DNA of 64,000 nt from Candidatus Binatia bacterium (GCA_038245295.1 JBBRSP010000006.1:160001-224000); one strand, 5' to 3'. Positions 29,293-40,345 are shown, numbered from the stretch's first letter. Made by a program: numbers and translations. The notes: generated by a model not told the origin, from the sequence alone.

Positions 29293-32280
29293 TTACGAGT
29301 GCTCGCCCGCTGAGGCGTCACCAATTGCTTGCCCCCAACGAAGACGGTATCGGCGTTCGCGTTCCAGAAATGCACGCTCACCACCTTCGAGGATATCGCA
29401 AACAAGCCGGCGAATTGTCGGGTGCTCCAGCGATCCGCTTCGATACGACATCGTTGGCAGGCCACCTGTTGGACTGGACGTGACCGCCGCAACGATCACT
29501 TGGTCGACGTCGGCGTTGACGACAAGGTTCGCGTTGTGGGTGACGATGATCACCTGTCGCCGCTTCCGAGCTTGGCGAAAGTGGGGCACCAACTCCCGGA
29601 ACACGGAGTTCGGATCAAGGTTTTCTTCGGGTTGGTCGATGATCAATGGGCGTCGATCATGATGGTCGACCGCCAAATACAGAAGCAGGAGAACGATTCC
29701 GCGCGTTCCGGGCGATAGTTGCTCAATCGGCACACCGTCGTATTCAATACTGTAGCGAACTCGCAGATGATGGGTTCCGTAGAGCCATGCCCCGACTTGC
29801 TGGTTCCATCGAGGGCGGTTCTCGGTTGCAATAGTGCCGGGTCTGCCGGCAACGATGTCCTTACCGAAGTGCTCCCGAAAACCTTCTATCGCGCGCGCAA
29901 CCTCTTCAGACGTGCCGCCCCGCCACGGTTTGAGCAGGTACATTTGTGCATGATTGGCGAGGGAACCTTGTCCTCGGAACTCTCCGGCATTTCGGAGGTC
30001 GAGCAACTGTTCTCCCTCCGATGCCCACGAGACGATATCAACTGAGCGCTGGACGACGAACTTGAGCTTGCTTAGTGCACCCGTGGATTGATGAAAGGAG
30101 GCCGCCAGCGGGAGATAGAGGGTACGCAGCGCCTCCTCTTCTTCGACAAATGTGTCGACGACGCTGGTATACGTCTCCTTCCGTAGATCCAGTAGGGTTC
30201 GACGCCGCATGTCCGCCCCTTCGGCATGTTTAATCTCCTCGTGCAGCCGACCAAGCTTGAGATCGTTCTCGTTCACAGCTCGTTGGAGGATGTCGAAGGT
30301 TCTCTGCTTCCCAGCGTCGGCGCCTACGTCTTTCTTGAGCTGATCTCGATGTCGGCGGAGGACGATCACCGGCCAGTCTACCGTCGGTGGCAGTGTCTCG
30401 TTGACGACGAGACCAGGCTTGCCATTGATCAGGGAATCAATGGTTTGATCAAGTTCTTGTAGTTTCTTCGTAAGCAAAGCCGCCACGTCACCCTTGAACA
30501 CCATCTGAAACAAGTCCCAATCGGCCAACTCAAGACCGGCCGCGTTGAACCGACGTCGCATCTCCGACACTCGCGACGGCTCGTTCGCAAGAATGCGTTG
30601 CGTTTCTGCACGAAGGTCGTCCGCTGACTTCCTTCGTAGCCGCAAGTTCTCCACCTGCGCTTCCGCGGCTCGACATACTGTCTCGACGCGGGACAGCTCT
30701 CGGCCTCGCTCCTGCATTCCCTTTGGGAGGATCTGGCCTAGTTGTTTGCGGTCACTCTCCAGCTGCTTCTCCAAAACGACACATGCCTTCTTCTGGTCCG
30801 GTAACCGGTCCTTCAGCGACTCCTCACGGGCAACCTCATCGGAGATCCTGTCAATTGCTTTCTGGAGTTCACCGCGTCGCTCCCTGATAGGATTGACCGC
30901 GGTGTCGACGAGTTGATCAAACGACTCCGCTTCTAGACGGTCCGTAGGATCAGTCTCCAAGAAGACGAGTCGTTCCATTTCCTTCCGAAGCTCACTCGCC
31001 AGACCGGCCGAGGAGCACAGTTCCTCTACAAAGTGTTGCGACAAATACCGCGCGTTTTCGTCTTGGAGATCGTCGGTCTGCCAGGGAGGACCCAACGCTT
31101 TGGCCGCCGATGTCTCTCCGGAATACCACGTCAGTTGTACCTGTTCCTCGAGGAGTTGCTCTGCTGCGCGGTACAAGAACGACGACGCACCGGGTGAGTT
31201 CGTCATGGCACCGGCGCCGACGGCGATGATATCCGCGAGGGCTGTCTTCCCCGATCCACGAGGGCCGATGATCGCGATCATTCCTTGGTTGAGATCAAGT
31301 GACTTGTTTTCGATCCATGGAGCACCGAAAATTTCCACGCGTGAAATGCATGACGAAGACGGCGGTGGAGTCGGCGGCTCTGCCCCTATCCAGACACGTT
31401 CCTCGGGCTCAAGAACCGCTTGACGCAACGCCTCGAAGGACAGGTCTCCCTTGATCCAGCAAAACCGATCTTGAGCTGGAGCAGCAACCAGGTCGAGTCG
31501 ATGGGCGTCCGACCCATGGAGACACGGCTTCAGGCTTCCGAAGGTTTCCTCGATCCAGGCAGGAGGACTTCCCTCCTTCTGGCCGAGCCAAAACGTTCGC
31601 TCGCTCGGAGTCCCGGCAAAGATGACGTGCGCGGTACGTAGGATCTCCTGGCGAAACGAGGCGAACGAATCGTCATGTTGAATGCCAGCCGTTCCATCAG
31701 TGGAACTCGCGCAGGCAGCGATCAAGCAGTTTTGCTGTAGCCAGTCGTCGCTTCGGAAGACTTGTTTTAGCTGCGCCAGCGAGACCTTGAATTGATTCGC
31801 GCCTTCACTCACGGCCGTCGCCCCGCTCACTCCTGGAATGTGTTTCTTGCCAAGTCTTGCCAGATCATCTCGAACGCAGGCGAAGGTTTCGCCGTCAACT
31901 TCAATGGTGAATCGACGAAGAGTGCGTTCGATACGCTCTTCGTGGTCGGAATCGAATGGTGAGAAGAGGAGATGGAGGTTGATGCCTGGTCCCTTCTCAG
32001 TTTTCACATCTAAGCGAACTTCGACGTTCGGGAAGAGAAGCTGAATGCCTGGCAATCGGCCTTCCGCTTTGCGCCGTCGGACTTCACGGTAGGTCTGGAT
32101 TCCGAAGTAGTCCGTCACTCCGAGAGCGCTGATCAGCGGCGATGCATTCTCTAGTGCTTGTAGGTATCCTTCCCAATCGCCCCCGAACTCGTCGTTCAAA
32201 AGAGTGCCTGGCGCATGTATATGCGGATCCCAGCGGCGCCATTCGGAGCCGCGCGAGGTTTCAAGGTCGGGATGGTTCAT
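29293..32280 (-). CDS. PHP phosphoesterase plus ABC/AAA ATPase (TrlF/Ppl-like defence protein)
   Basis: WDPHIHAPGT, TDYF, GSDAH, GPRGSGKT, coiled coil, LSPG, IIDQPEENLD, VTHNAN. Confidence 0.88.
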   Translation of the reverse strand: MNHPDLETSRGSEWRRWDPHIHAPGTLLNDEFGGDWEGYLQALENASPLISALGVTDYFGIQTYREVRRRKAEGRLPGIQLLFPNVEVRLDVKTEKGPGINLHLLFSPFDSDHEERIERTLRRFTIEVDGETFACVRDDLARLGKKHIPGVSGATAVSEGANQFKVSLAQLKQVFRSDDWLQQNCLIAACASSTDGTAGIQHDDSFASFRQEILRTAHVIFAGTPSERTFWLGQKEGSPPAWIEETFGSLKPCLHGSDAHRLDLVAAPAQDRFCWIKGDLSFEALRQAVLEPEERVWIGAEPPTPPPSSSCISRVEIFGAPWIENKSLDLNQGMIAIIGPRGSGKTALADIIAVGAGAMTNSPGASSFLYRAAEQLLEEQVQLTWYSGETSAAKALGPPWQTDDLQDENARYLSQHFVEELCSSAGLASELRKEMERLVFLETDPTDRLEAESFDQLVDTAVNPIRERRGELQKAIDRISDEVAREESLKDRLPDQKKACVVLEKQLESDRKQLGQILPKGMQERGRELSRVETVCRAAEAQVENLRLRRKSADDLRAETQRILANEPSRVSEMRRRFNAAGLELADWDLFQMVFKGDVAALLTKKLQELDQTIDSLINGKPGLVVNETLPPTVDWPVIVLRRHRDQLKKDVGADAGKQRTFDILQRAVNENDLKLGRLHEEIKHAEGADMRRRTLLDLRKETYTSVVDTFVEEEEALRTLYLPLAASFHQSTGALSKLKFVVQRSVDIVSWASEGEQLLDLRNAGEFRGQGSLANHAQMYLLKPWRGGTSEEVARAIEGFREHFGKDIVAGRPGTIATENRPRWNQQVGAWLYGTHHLRVRYSIEYDGVPIEQLSPGTRGIVLLLLYLAVDHHDRRPLIIDQPEENLDPNSVFRELVPHFRQARKRRQVIIVTHNANLVVNADVDQVIVAAVTSSPTGGLPTMSYRSGSLEHPTIRRLVCDILEGGERAFLERERRYRLRWGQAIGDASAGEHS

Positions 32281-32746
32281 AATTGTGAGAGGTTGGTGAC
32301 CGAAGCCCCGGTCTTCAGAAGTTTAGCGCTCATCTTTATTTCCCCCTGCGTGGTATTTCACACCTTTGAGCGCACTTCGTAAAGCGTTCTGGGGCAATCT
32401 CTCGAATCGGCAGCGGCCAGGGACTCTTGATGGTGATCGCATAGTCGGCAGTCCCGCATTGGCAACTGCCGCAAAGTCTCACCACCTGCCAAAAGATCAG
32501 CGCATAAAGCGATCTGTCGAGATCCAACGGTCCTTCTCACTGATCTCGCCTCGAGCGCCGAACCAGTCGAGTACCGTACTGATGAGATCCGCAGCGACAG
32601 TGGGCATCCATTGCACGACGACGTCGAGCGTTTGCCGTAAGCGGATTCCGGATCAGCCCCTGCGTGAAAGGATCAGCGATCCTCGCTTCGCAGATTTTAA
32701 CGAAGGCGCTAGGTGGGACTCGGTAGGAGGTGGCGTTTGCGTGGCA

Positions 32747-33406
32747 ATGACTATTGAAGATGTCGAGCAACGTGCCGGTCGCGTTCTCAACGCGCAACTC
32801 CGAAACCCGAATCGCGATGTTCAGGACGCGATGTTTCGCGTGCTATGCGCCAGAGTCGTAAAATTTGGCAACGCTGCCAGCATGCTGCGATCAGCGGGAT
32901 ATGCTGAGCCAGCAATGGTAATGTTGCGATGCATTTACGAGACCTATCTGTGGACTCGTTGGATTCTGATAGATCCGAAAAACGCGCAGCAATATTGGGA
33001 TATCGGCAAGCGAGAAGCGGCCCGATTAACTGGAAAAATGGTTGGACAATACGAGATCAAGATCCGTGACTTTCCAAAGGACTCGCACGTACGCCAGGCC
33101 TATAGTGACCGCCAGGCGAAGAGTATCGACCTTCCTGATCCATCGCGCCTAGCTGCAACTGTGGGGGTGCAGCGCCTTCACGACGCCGTCTATCCGCTTC
33201 TCTCGTGGATGACACATGGGAACATTCTTTCGCTCGGCGAAGGCATGCTTGCGTCGACGAACGGCCAGTCTGTTCCGACGGGGGCAAGCGAGCTGAACGT
33301 CATGTTGTTCGACGTCATGGCGGCAAGAGTCGGTGAGGCATGCGTCGAAATCCTCGAGACCTGGTCCGAACGCCACGAGGTTGCACCGCCGTTCATTTGG
33401 AAATGA
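32747..33406 (+). CDS. DUF5677/HEPN-like protein
   Basis: A.VMLRCIYE and Y.LLSWMTHG motifs; start inferred. Confidence 0.6.
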   Translation: MTIEDVEQRAGRVLNAQLRNPNRDVQDAMFRVLCARVVKFGNAASMLRSAGYAEPAMVMLRCIYETYLWTRWILIDPKNAQQYWDIGKREAARLTGKMVGQYEIKIRDFPKDSHVRQAYSDRQAKSIDLPDPSRLAATVGVQRLHDAVYPLLSWMTHGNILSLGEGMLASTNGQSVPTGASELNVMLFDVMAARVGEACVEILETWSERHEVAPPFIWK

Positions 33407-33744
33407 GCGCAAGTCGATCTAGCTGCACCGGGCGATCAGCTGACGTGGGGCACCCTGAACGGGGTGGTTACTGAAGCCCGACACTAGGTTCCGAACACGA
33501 AGTCTGTAGCCAACTCTGGGTCCAACGGCTCGACCGAAGCGCACAACTCTCCATACAGCGCCTCCCAGAGATCGCGCTCGCGACCCACCGCAGGTCGATC
33601 AAGCACGCGGCCCAACAGGCACCGAACTCAACCATGACCGTTGGACTGCAGAACTCCTTGAAATGCTCAACCTCATAGCGCCCCGGCATTGGCCCGTTCC
33701 ACGTGACTGGGCGGAAATCCTCCTGCGTCACCGGAATCCGATAC

Positions 33745-36630
33745 TCACCCTCGAACTCCGGTGGGGTTACCGCAACTTAGAGATCGGTCGACAGCCCGAT
33801 CCGCGCGATCTGGAGGGCGGTTTCCTTGTCGCGCCAATTCGCAGCCGTTCAGCGCGTTGTTTACCGCCGCAATGATCTCGTTGATCGTGATGTCGCCCGA
33901 CCCATCAATGTCGCCGGCAGCGCAGGCGGAGACATTCGCGTTTCCGAGAGCAATGTTGACCATCGTGATGATGTCGTTCACCGTGACGTCGCCCTCCTGG
34001 TCGCAGTTGCCCGCGCACGAGATTGGCGTGCGGGTTGGACTCGGAGAACCGGTCGCGGTGGGCGTAGGGATTCTTGACGGTGACGCTGTCGCGGTGGCAG
34101 TCGGCGTTCCGGTCGCGGACGCACTGGGCGTAGGCGTGGCGGTATAGGTCGGGGTGATCGTCGCCGTTGCCGTTGGTATCGCCGTCGGTGTCTGCGTACC
34201 GGTCGCCGTGGGCGAGGTCGTTAGCGTTGCGGTCCCAGTCACCGTTGGTGTTGGTGTCGCGGTGAACGTCGCTGAGGGCGTGGCGGTAAGCGTCTGAGTT
34301 GGTGTCGCCGTAGCAGTAGCTGTTGGCGTCTGGCTCGGCGTCGCGGTACGCGTCCCCGTAGAGCTCGCCGTTACCGATGGCGTCGCGGTGAACGTTTGCG
34401 TCAATGTTGCGCTGAGTGTCGGCGTCGAACTCGGCGTAGCCGTTACCGTCGGTGTGTTGGATCTCGTTCCTGTTGGCGTTGGCGTGCCGGTCGGTGTGGA
34501 CGTAGCTGTAACGGTGGCGGTCGATGTGTTCGATGGCGTAGCCGTGAATGTGCGTGTCGGCGTGGGAGTCTGGGTTGCTGTCCGCGTGGCGGTTGGCGTT
34601 GCGACCACCCCGAACGAGCTGACAGCGCTCTGCGTCTTGCGTCCCGCAACGTCGACCGCCTTCACAAACCACGTATGGGGACCAATGGTCAGCGGCACCA
34701 AGGGAACAAAGGCCGTCTGCAACACCGCGACGATGCACGGCGCACATTGGCCACCGGCGCCGCTGTCGATCCAGACTTCGTAGTTGGCAAGGCCGCTGCC
34801 GACATCGCTCGACGCCAACCACGAGAAAGTGGGGAGAGACCCGGTGATGGTTGCCTGATCGGGCGGACTGACGAGCATGAAGGACGTTGGCGGTTGGGTG
34901 TCGACGTAGAACGTGAACGTTTCGAGCGAACGCGCTGTGTTGCCCACTTTGTCGAACGCCTCAATATACCACTGGTACGCGCCATCGGTGAGAGCCGATG
35001 GCGGCGTGGTGCAGGTACTCGATACAGTAATGTTGTCCCGGATGAGCGTGCCACCAAAGTAGAGGCGGTAGCCGACCACTCCAGAGACAGCATCCGTGGC
35101 GCCCGTCCAGCAAATCTGTGGCGTCAGACTCGACACAATCGCGCCATCGGCGGTACCAGGACTGAGACCGTTGAGGCGCAGGCCGGTGGGGGCGGTCGTA
35201 TCGACTAGAAACGAAAACAGGTTGGTGCTGCTCGAATTGCCAGCTTGGTCGGTTGCGAGCACGGACCAATGGTGCAGTCCGTCGGCAAGCTTCATCGGAA
35301 ACGTAAAGCTCGACGCCGCGAGCCCGGGATCAAAGACAGGGAAGGAATCGAGGTACACTCCTTGGCGGGCAAGGCCGCTCTCGGTGTCAGACGCGATCTG
35401 CCACTGGACGGTTGGCATTTGGTTTGTGATGTAAGACCCATGTGCGGGCGCCGGACTAAACGCCGGGAAGACCGGTGCGGTCGAATCGATGCGCACGGTA
35501 CGGGCCGGCGCTGTGGCGCTGTTGCCAACTTTATCCACCGCAGAGGCAGACCAGGTATGCGTGCCGTTCGTCAGGGCCGAGAAAACGCCGAAAGTGAACG
35601 AGGAGGCATTCGTCTCCGCTGCCGGTACGGTTGTTCGAACCTGTCCATCGATTGTCAGGTCGTAGTGATCCAATCCGGACGGTGAGGGGCTGGCTCCGTC
35701 GCTCGTCGGTGCCCACTGGAAGCTAAACGCAGAGTTCCCGGATTTCCATGCCAGGTCGTCGGGAGCCGTCAGTGCAAAAGGCGCGGGCGGCGTGGCGTCA
35801 ACGTTCACGGTGAACGTATTGGGAGACTGCGTACACGTCCCGAGTGAATCACAGGCTTGGATCGTCCAGGCATGCACCCCTTCGCTCAATTGTTCGGAGA
35901 CGGTGAGCGTATAGCTTTGAATCGTTGGCGGGATGTTGTTCTTCTGCACCGCTCCATCTACTCGAAGGACATACTTGGCCACCGAGAAATCTGAAGGAGG
36001 CTCCGCCCAGATGAACGTGCAGGACCGCCTGCAGAATCCGTTCTGGACGGGTTGGATCAAATCGAGGGGCGGCGACGTGTTCAAGAAGCTGGTGAAGTAC
36101 GTGTTCATGTAGGACCCGCCCGAGCCATTTTCGACCGCCACCGCGATCAGATTCGTTTCACCCGGAATGAGATCCGCACTGATGTCGAGATTGATCCGAG
36201 AACCGGAACAACCTCCGGTGTTGCCAACGCATCCAAAACCGAAGCAATTGCCGCCCCAGTGCCCTTTGTAGGCGTTGTTCACGTAAACATCGATCCCGTC
36301 GTCGCTGTCGAAAGAGATTGTCGCATTGGCCAGGCCGCCGGGGACAAATGTCCCGCGGTAGAAGCGCGTCCGGCTTCCCGGAATGTCGTTGTGGGCAGGA
36401 AGCGAGATTGCGCTCCACGACGAGTCGTCGAAGGCGGGATGGTACCAAGCGTTGCCGGCGCCATCGGTTGGTCCACTGCAGCTGGTGCTGATGGGTGAAG
36501 CACGCCAAATAATCGTTGGCGCGGCCATCGTCGGATTGCAGAGAGGTCCGACACACAAGCCAGCGACTGCGGTCGCGACAACCGACCAGAAGAACAACCG
36601 ATGAAGAAGAACCCGGGCAACTCTCGTCAT
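33745..36630 (-). CDS. Secreted surface protein: beta-sandwich, Ig-like repeats, Thr/Pro stalk, dockerin-like C-terminus
   Basis: Signal peptide; repeated G.H.W.V.A.D..GN and D.T.P; long TPT tract; [23 protein letters not shown]. Confidence 0.85.
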   Translation of the reverse strand: MTRVARVLLHRLFFWSVVATAVAGLCVGPLCNPTMAAPTIIWRASPISTSCSGPTDGAGNAWYHPAFDDSSWSAISLPAHNDIPGSRTRFYRGTFVPGGLANATISFDSDDGIDVYVNNAYKGHWGGNCFGFGCVGNTGGCSGSRINLDISADLIPGETNLIAVAVENGSGGSYMNTYFTSFLNTSPPLDLIQPVQNGFCRRSCTFIWAEPPSDFSVAKYVLRVDGAVQKNNIPPTIQSYTLTVSEQLSEGVHAWTIQACDSLGTCTQSPNTFTVNVDATPPAPFALTAPDDLAWKSGNSAFSFQWAPTSDGASPSPSGLDHYDLTIDGQVRTTVPAAETNASSFTFGVFSALTNGTHTWSASAVDKVGNSATAPARTVRIDSTAPVFPAFSPAPAHGSYITNQMPTVQWQIASDTESGLARQGVYLDSFPVFDPGLAASSFTFPMKLADGLHHWSVLATDQAGNSSSTNLFSFLVDTTAPTGLRLNGLSPGTADGAIVSSLTPQICWTGATDAVSGVVGYRLYFGGTLIRDNITVSSTCTTPPSALTDGAYQWYIEAFDKVGNTARSLETFTFYVDTQPPTSFMLVSPPDQATITGSLPTFSWLASSDVGSGLANYEVWIDSGAGGQCAPCIVAVLQTAFVPLVPLTIGPHTWFVKAVDVAGRKTQSAVSSFGVVATPTATRTATQTPTPTRTFTATPSNTSTATVTATSTPTGTPTPTGTRSNTPTVTATPSSTPTLSATLTQTFTATPSVTASSTGTRTATPSQTPTATATATPTQTLTATPSATFTATPTPTVTGTATLTTSPTATGTQTPTAIPTATATITPTYTATPTPSASATGTPTATATASPSRIPTPTATGSPSPTRTPISCAGNCDQEGDVTVNDIITMVNIALGNANVSACAAGDIDGSGDITINEIIAAVNNALNGCELARQGNRPPDRADRAVDRSLSCGNPTGVRG

Positions 36631-36693
36631 TTGCTCCCCCTAAACTGTGCTCGCTCGTGTCATTCACCGCAGTGACCAAGCCCGAGACGCCGA

Positions 36694-36715
36694 GCTTCTA
36701 CACATGTGTAGAAGC
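36694..36715. promoter_or_regulatory. 22-bp perfect palindrome, likely operator
   Basis: GCTTCTACACATGTGTAGAAGC between divergent genes. Confidence 0.6.
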
Positions 36716-36735
36716 AAATCAAGCACTCTAGATTG

Positions 36736-36975
36736 ATGCGGAGAACATCGGGCTTTCTGGCGGTGCGTTTGGCGCGAGGGTTGGCAGGGTTTCGCGGCGA
36801 CGCCTCGCAGAATCAGTTTGCCAAGAAACTTGGCATTTCAAATGCCTCGCTGAACCGGATCGAGAATCGCAGTCAGAACGTGTCCCTGAAAACTCTCGAG
36901 ACGCTCTGCCGGCGTCTCAACTGCGACATTGCCGATCTGTTTCCGTCGGAAGACCCGCCGAGAAGCACGCGATAG
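36736..36975 (+). CDS. XRE-family HTH regulator
   Basis: SQNQFAKKLGISNASLNRIEN..QNVSL. Confidence 0.85.
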   Translation: MRRTSGFLAVRLARGLAGFRGDASQNQFAKKLGISNASLNRIENRSQNVSLKTLETLCRRLNCDIADLFPSEDPPRSTR

Positions 36976-36993
36976 AGAGCGCGCCCCAACGAG

Positions 36994-37230
36994 CTAGCCC
37001 GGCGTCCATCCGCGGACTTTCATGCACCGCACGAACATCTCCTTCCGCAGGGCGGGGCCGAACGGATTGTTCGCCGGCTGCGCTTGCCTCGCCTGGAGCT
37101 CGCACTCGTAAGCGTCCTTATCGAGATCGGCTTGCGACCAATTTGGTTTCGTCCAGGTGGCCGTGGATACGCAGCCACTACTCAAGAGAAGTGTGATCAC
37201 TGTGAGACGGACGAACAGCCTGCTCCGCAC
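36994..37230 (-). CDS. Small lipoprotein
   Basis: Lipobox LSSGC; D.YEC...F..CMK.RGW. Confidence 0.7.
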   Translation of the reverse strand: MRSRLFVRLTVITLLLSSGCVSTATWTKPNWSQADLDKDAYECELQARQAQPANNPFGPALRKEMFVRCMKVRGWTPG

Positions 37231-37427
37231 AATGCTCTCCTAGATTGAGCGGCACCGCTCCAGGCGGCCAAACTCTTTCCAATGGGATGCCAAATAGCAC
37301 TTATGCAGTGTGTTGGCAATCCATTTTGCATCGCAATGCAGTGCATATTGGCGCTTTGGCAATGCGACGCACTGTGGCCGACAGACCCCGATTCATTCCA
37401 TCTTCAGGTTCCCCGGAGGTAGCCAGG

Positions 37428-37748
37428 ATGGACAACCGAGTGGCACTTGGCCTGCGAATCAAGGAGTTGCGAAAAGCGCGTTCGCTCTCTCAGGAAGCCT
37501 TGGCGGAGAAGATGGAGGTACATCCCAAGTACCTCGGATCGGTCGAACGCGGCGAGCAGAATCCCACCATGGAGTTTCTCGAGAAAACAGCGCTTGCGCT
37601 TAGAGTCGACCTATCGGCGCTGTTCAATTGTCCCTGGCAGAGGATGAATGAGAGTGACCTCAAGAAGAAGCTCCACGCCCTTGTCGAAAAGTCGACCCTG
37701 GAGAGCCTTCGCGAAGTCTTAGCTATCCTGAAGTCGCGAGAGTTATAG
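37428..37748 (+). CDS. XRE-family HTH regulator (C-protein-like)
   Basis: LGLRIKELRKARSLSQEALAE...YLGSVERGEQNPT. Confidence 0.88.
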   Translation: MDNRVALGLRIKELRKARSLSQEALAEKMEVHPKYLGSVERGEQNPTMEFLEKTALALRVDLSALFNCPWQRMNESDLKKKLHALVEKSTLESLREVLAILKSREL

Positions 37749-37890
37749 TCGAGAGTTCCGGCGCGAGTGTGCCGGCGAGATCGGAATGCTCCTTGTCATC
37801 GGGTGTGCTTAGACTCCATGTTTGTTGCCTACCCCGCCATTGGTCGCGCGAGGCCGCTCCCGGAAGGCGTCTGCGTCAAGGGGTAACGAG

Positions 37891-38592
37891 GTGAATTCGG
37901 ACGTCGACCCCGACCTTCAACCGATCGAGTTGGCTGTCCGGCTGCTTCAGAATCGCTGGGCCGGAATCTTCGGCGCAGTTGCCGCCGTCCATCCAAGCGT
38001 ACAATTCGATTGGGTGGACGAGGCCCGTGCGCAGGGTATGTCCCCGGTACGCAGAGCGGACTTTATTGGCGGACGACTCGCGGCGAGGCAGGCATTGGTT
38101 GCAGCTGGTTTGGTCGACGGAACCATCTCAGTTGATGATGACGGTGGCCCGATTTTCCCTCGCGGCTATACTGGCAGTATCGCGCATAAGCATGGTCGGG
38201 CGGTCGCCGTCGTGGGGCGAACAGGGAGCTACGACGGCATCGGTGTTGACCTGGAGTATGATGAGGACCGTGATGAGGATAAGTTGGCGGCAGAGGTTGT
38301 CACCGCGTCGGAGGAGCGCCGGCTGCTGGACCTGCGCGCCGTCGAACCGATTCTCTCCTCGCCCGCGACACTGATTCTCGCCGCAAAGGAGGCCGTATAC
38401 AAGGCCGCCTTCCCGATCACCCGGAAGGACTTCTCGTTCGACGAGGTGGAACTGATCTTCGCGTCGGACTCCCGATCTTTTGATGCCGTTTGCTTTCCCG
38501 GTTACGAGCTGGTCTCCGTCTCTGGGTCGTACGAAATCGTGAGTCGGTGGATTGTGACGATAGCCGTCGCCCTCCCAGGTTCATACGTTTGA
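37891..38592 (+). CDS. 4'-phosphopantetheinyl transferase (EntD/Sfp type)
   Basis: RRADF..GR.AAR.AL, P.FP.G..GSIAH, GIGVDLE, AKEAVYKA. Confidence 0.9.
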   Translation: MNSDVDPDLQPIELAVRLLQNRWAGIFGAVAAVHPSVQFDWVDEARAQGMSPVRRADFIGGRLAARQALVAAGLVDGTISVDDDGGPIFPRGYTGSIAHKHGRAVAVVGRTGSYDGIGVDLEYDEDRDEDKLAAEVVTASEERRLLDLRAVEPILSSPATLILAAKEAVYKAAFPITRKDFSFDEVELIFASDSRSFDAVCFPGYELVSVSGSYEIVSRWIVTIAVALPGSYV

Positions 38593-38633
38593 CAATCAAA
38601 CAAGTCTCTGCCATTATGTTCGACATTCGAACA
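38589..38633 (+). promoter_or_regulatory. Sigma70-type promoter with overlapping palindromic operator
   Basis: TTGACA (38589), 17-bp spacer, TG-n-CATTAT (38612); TGTTCGA-cat-TCGAACA at 38617-38633. Confidence 0.65.
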
Positions 38634-38649
38634 GACGTGGAGGGCGCGA

Positions 38650-39009
38650 ATGTCGCTCAAATACACCCCGACGATCAACAAGCAAGAATTCGATGCAGTG
38701 GCGGAAGAACTGAGGAAGCGTTTGAAGCTCAGATACGAGATGTCGAAGAACGACGCGGATAAACCTCCGATCAACCCGGCAACGATGGGTGCCTTTGATC
38801 ACCTGCCTGATCTCGATTCCAAGACTGTCGCGCGGTGGTCTTCCGACGTGCAGACATTTCTAGGTTGCAAGCTCAATCCTCGGTTAATCCGAAAGGGTGG
38901 GTACAATTCGTTTGATGATTTCTGGACAGACGTGTCTGCGAAGCTACGTGAGACGTGTTCTGAAGTCCGTAGCACGTTCACGTCAGAGCAAGCAGGAGCT
39001 GCACTATGA
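38650..39009 (+). CDS. Acyl-carrier-protein-like protein
   Basis: DLDSKTV (putative Ppant Ser) then ACP-like spacing LGCKL...YNSFDDF; adjacent to a PPTase. Confidence 0.55.
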   Translation: MSLKYTPTINKQEFDAVAEELRKRLKLRYEMSKNDADKPPINPATMGAFDHLPDLDSKTVARWSSDVQTFLGCKLNPRLIRKGGYNSFDDFWTDVSAKLRETCSEVRSTFTSEQAGAAL

Positions 39010-39338
39010 GCGATGAGAAACGCAAGAAATTGGCCGAACGCCTGCGAATGGCGCGCGAGGCGGCGAAACTCTCACAGGATGATGTTGCCCGAGAGCTCCT
39101 ACTTCCTCGCCCGGCTATCTCACAGATCGAGAATGGGCATCGACGCGTGGAGGCGTTGGAACTGGCGCGCCTCGCGAAGCTTTATGGACGTCCCCTCGGC
39201 TTTTTTGCGGACGAAGAACCAATGGGTGCCGATGCGCTGTACCGCACTACGGCGGCCCTTTCGGAAAAGGATCGCGCCGAGGTGCTTCGATTCGCCGAGT
39301 TCCTTCGTCAAAAGGCCGATGACACGGGGGAGCCGTGA
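39006..39338 (+). CDS. XRE-family HTH repressor
   Basis: LRMAREAAKLSQDDVA...ISQIENGHRRV. Confidence 0.9.
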   Translation: MSDEKRKKLAERLRMAREAAKLSQDDVARELLLPRPAISQIENGHRRVEALELARLAKLYGRPLGFFADEEPMGADALYRTTAALSEKDRAEVLRFAEFLRQKADDTGEP

Positions 39339-40345
39339 TGGTCGAAGTTGTGCGAGAGGCGATTCTGCGTGGCATAGGCGGTGCTGCGGAGGCTCATGAT
39401 GCTTTCAGGTTTCGGCAGCGCCATGAGGATGGCCTGCGTGCAATCGATGTCTTCGGCGTCATCGCGGAGCTAAAGCTCCCACTTGCGTTTCAGGCTCTCG
39501 ACGAATTGTTGGGCGCGTGTATCAGGGTGAGCAGCAGTGAAGTTGGAATCCTTGTCACTTCGCAACGTGATCTACACATGCAGCGTTTCACTGCGGCTCA
39601 TGAGCTTGGGCACTTCGTCTTGGAGCATGAAGGCAGCCTAGACCGCGAGATCCGGTTGCCCGGCGATACGAAGGGGCGTGATCCGCGCGAGATCGAAGCC
39701 GACGCATTCGCCGCGGAATTCTTGATGCCCAAATGGCTCGTCAAAGCTGCGGCCCAGCGACGGCATTGGTGGGGTGACGACCTGTTGCGGATCCCGGAAG
39801 TCGTCTACCAACTCTCACTCCGACTTGCCGTCAGCTATGAGGCTACATGTTGGGGATTGGCTGCCCACGACTTTGTCCGACGTGATGTAGCAAGAGCCCT
39901 CACTGTCAAAAAACTGAAGGACGTCAAGAAGAAGGTCCTTAGAGGTGTTCCGCTAGGCGACCCATGGGCCGACGTTTGGCAACTCGGTTCGGGAGACGAT
40001 GGTGCTCAGCTCGACGCTGGCCCAAACGATCTCTTCGTCTTCGAACTCGCGGAAAGGGCCGCATCGGGATTCCGATGGGATGTGCAATCCGCAATCGATA
40101 CGGGCTTCGCCCTTCTCGCCGACACGAGCGAGTTCGACGAGCGGGTGGTTGGTGGACAAAGCGAGCGGCGTTTGGTCCTCAGCGCGCCTCCGCCAGGCAC
40201 TTATGAGCTTCACTTGCCGTTGCGGCGCTCCTTTGAGGCAACACCAGCCAACGGAACAGCGTTCAGTATCTCGATTTGTACGATCGGAACTCGACGCGAC
40301 GAGTATCCGGCGGAGTTTTCTACGGCGGTAAGCACAGTGCACTAA
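39335..40345 (+). CDS. ImmA/IrrE metallopeptidase with C-terminal chagasin (I42)-like domain
   Basis: RFTAAHELGH, EIEADAFAAEFLMP; C-terminal F.FEL.E.AASGFRW...VGG...RRSFE. Confidence 0.85.
   Translation: MMVEVVREAILRGIGGAAEAHDAFRFRQRHEDGLRAIDVFGVIAELKLPLAFQALDELLGACIRVSSSEVGILVTSQRDLHMQRFTAAHELGHFVLEHEGSLDREIRLPGDTKGRDPREIEADAFAAEFLMPKWLVKAAAQRRHWWGDDLLRIPEVVYQLSLRLAVSYEATCWGLAAHDFVRRDVARALTVKKLKDVKKKVLRGVPLGDPWADVWQLGSGDDGAQLDAGPNDLFVFELAERAASGFRWDVQSAIDTGFALLADTSEFDERVVGGQSERRLVLSAPPPGTYELHLPLRRSFEATPANGTAFSISICTIGTRRDEYPAEFSTAVSTVH

Noticed and set aside
34030..34610. Tandem DNA repeat region
   Set aside because: Explained by the Thr/Pro-rich linker codons of the surface protein
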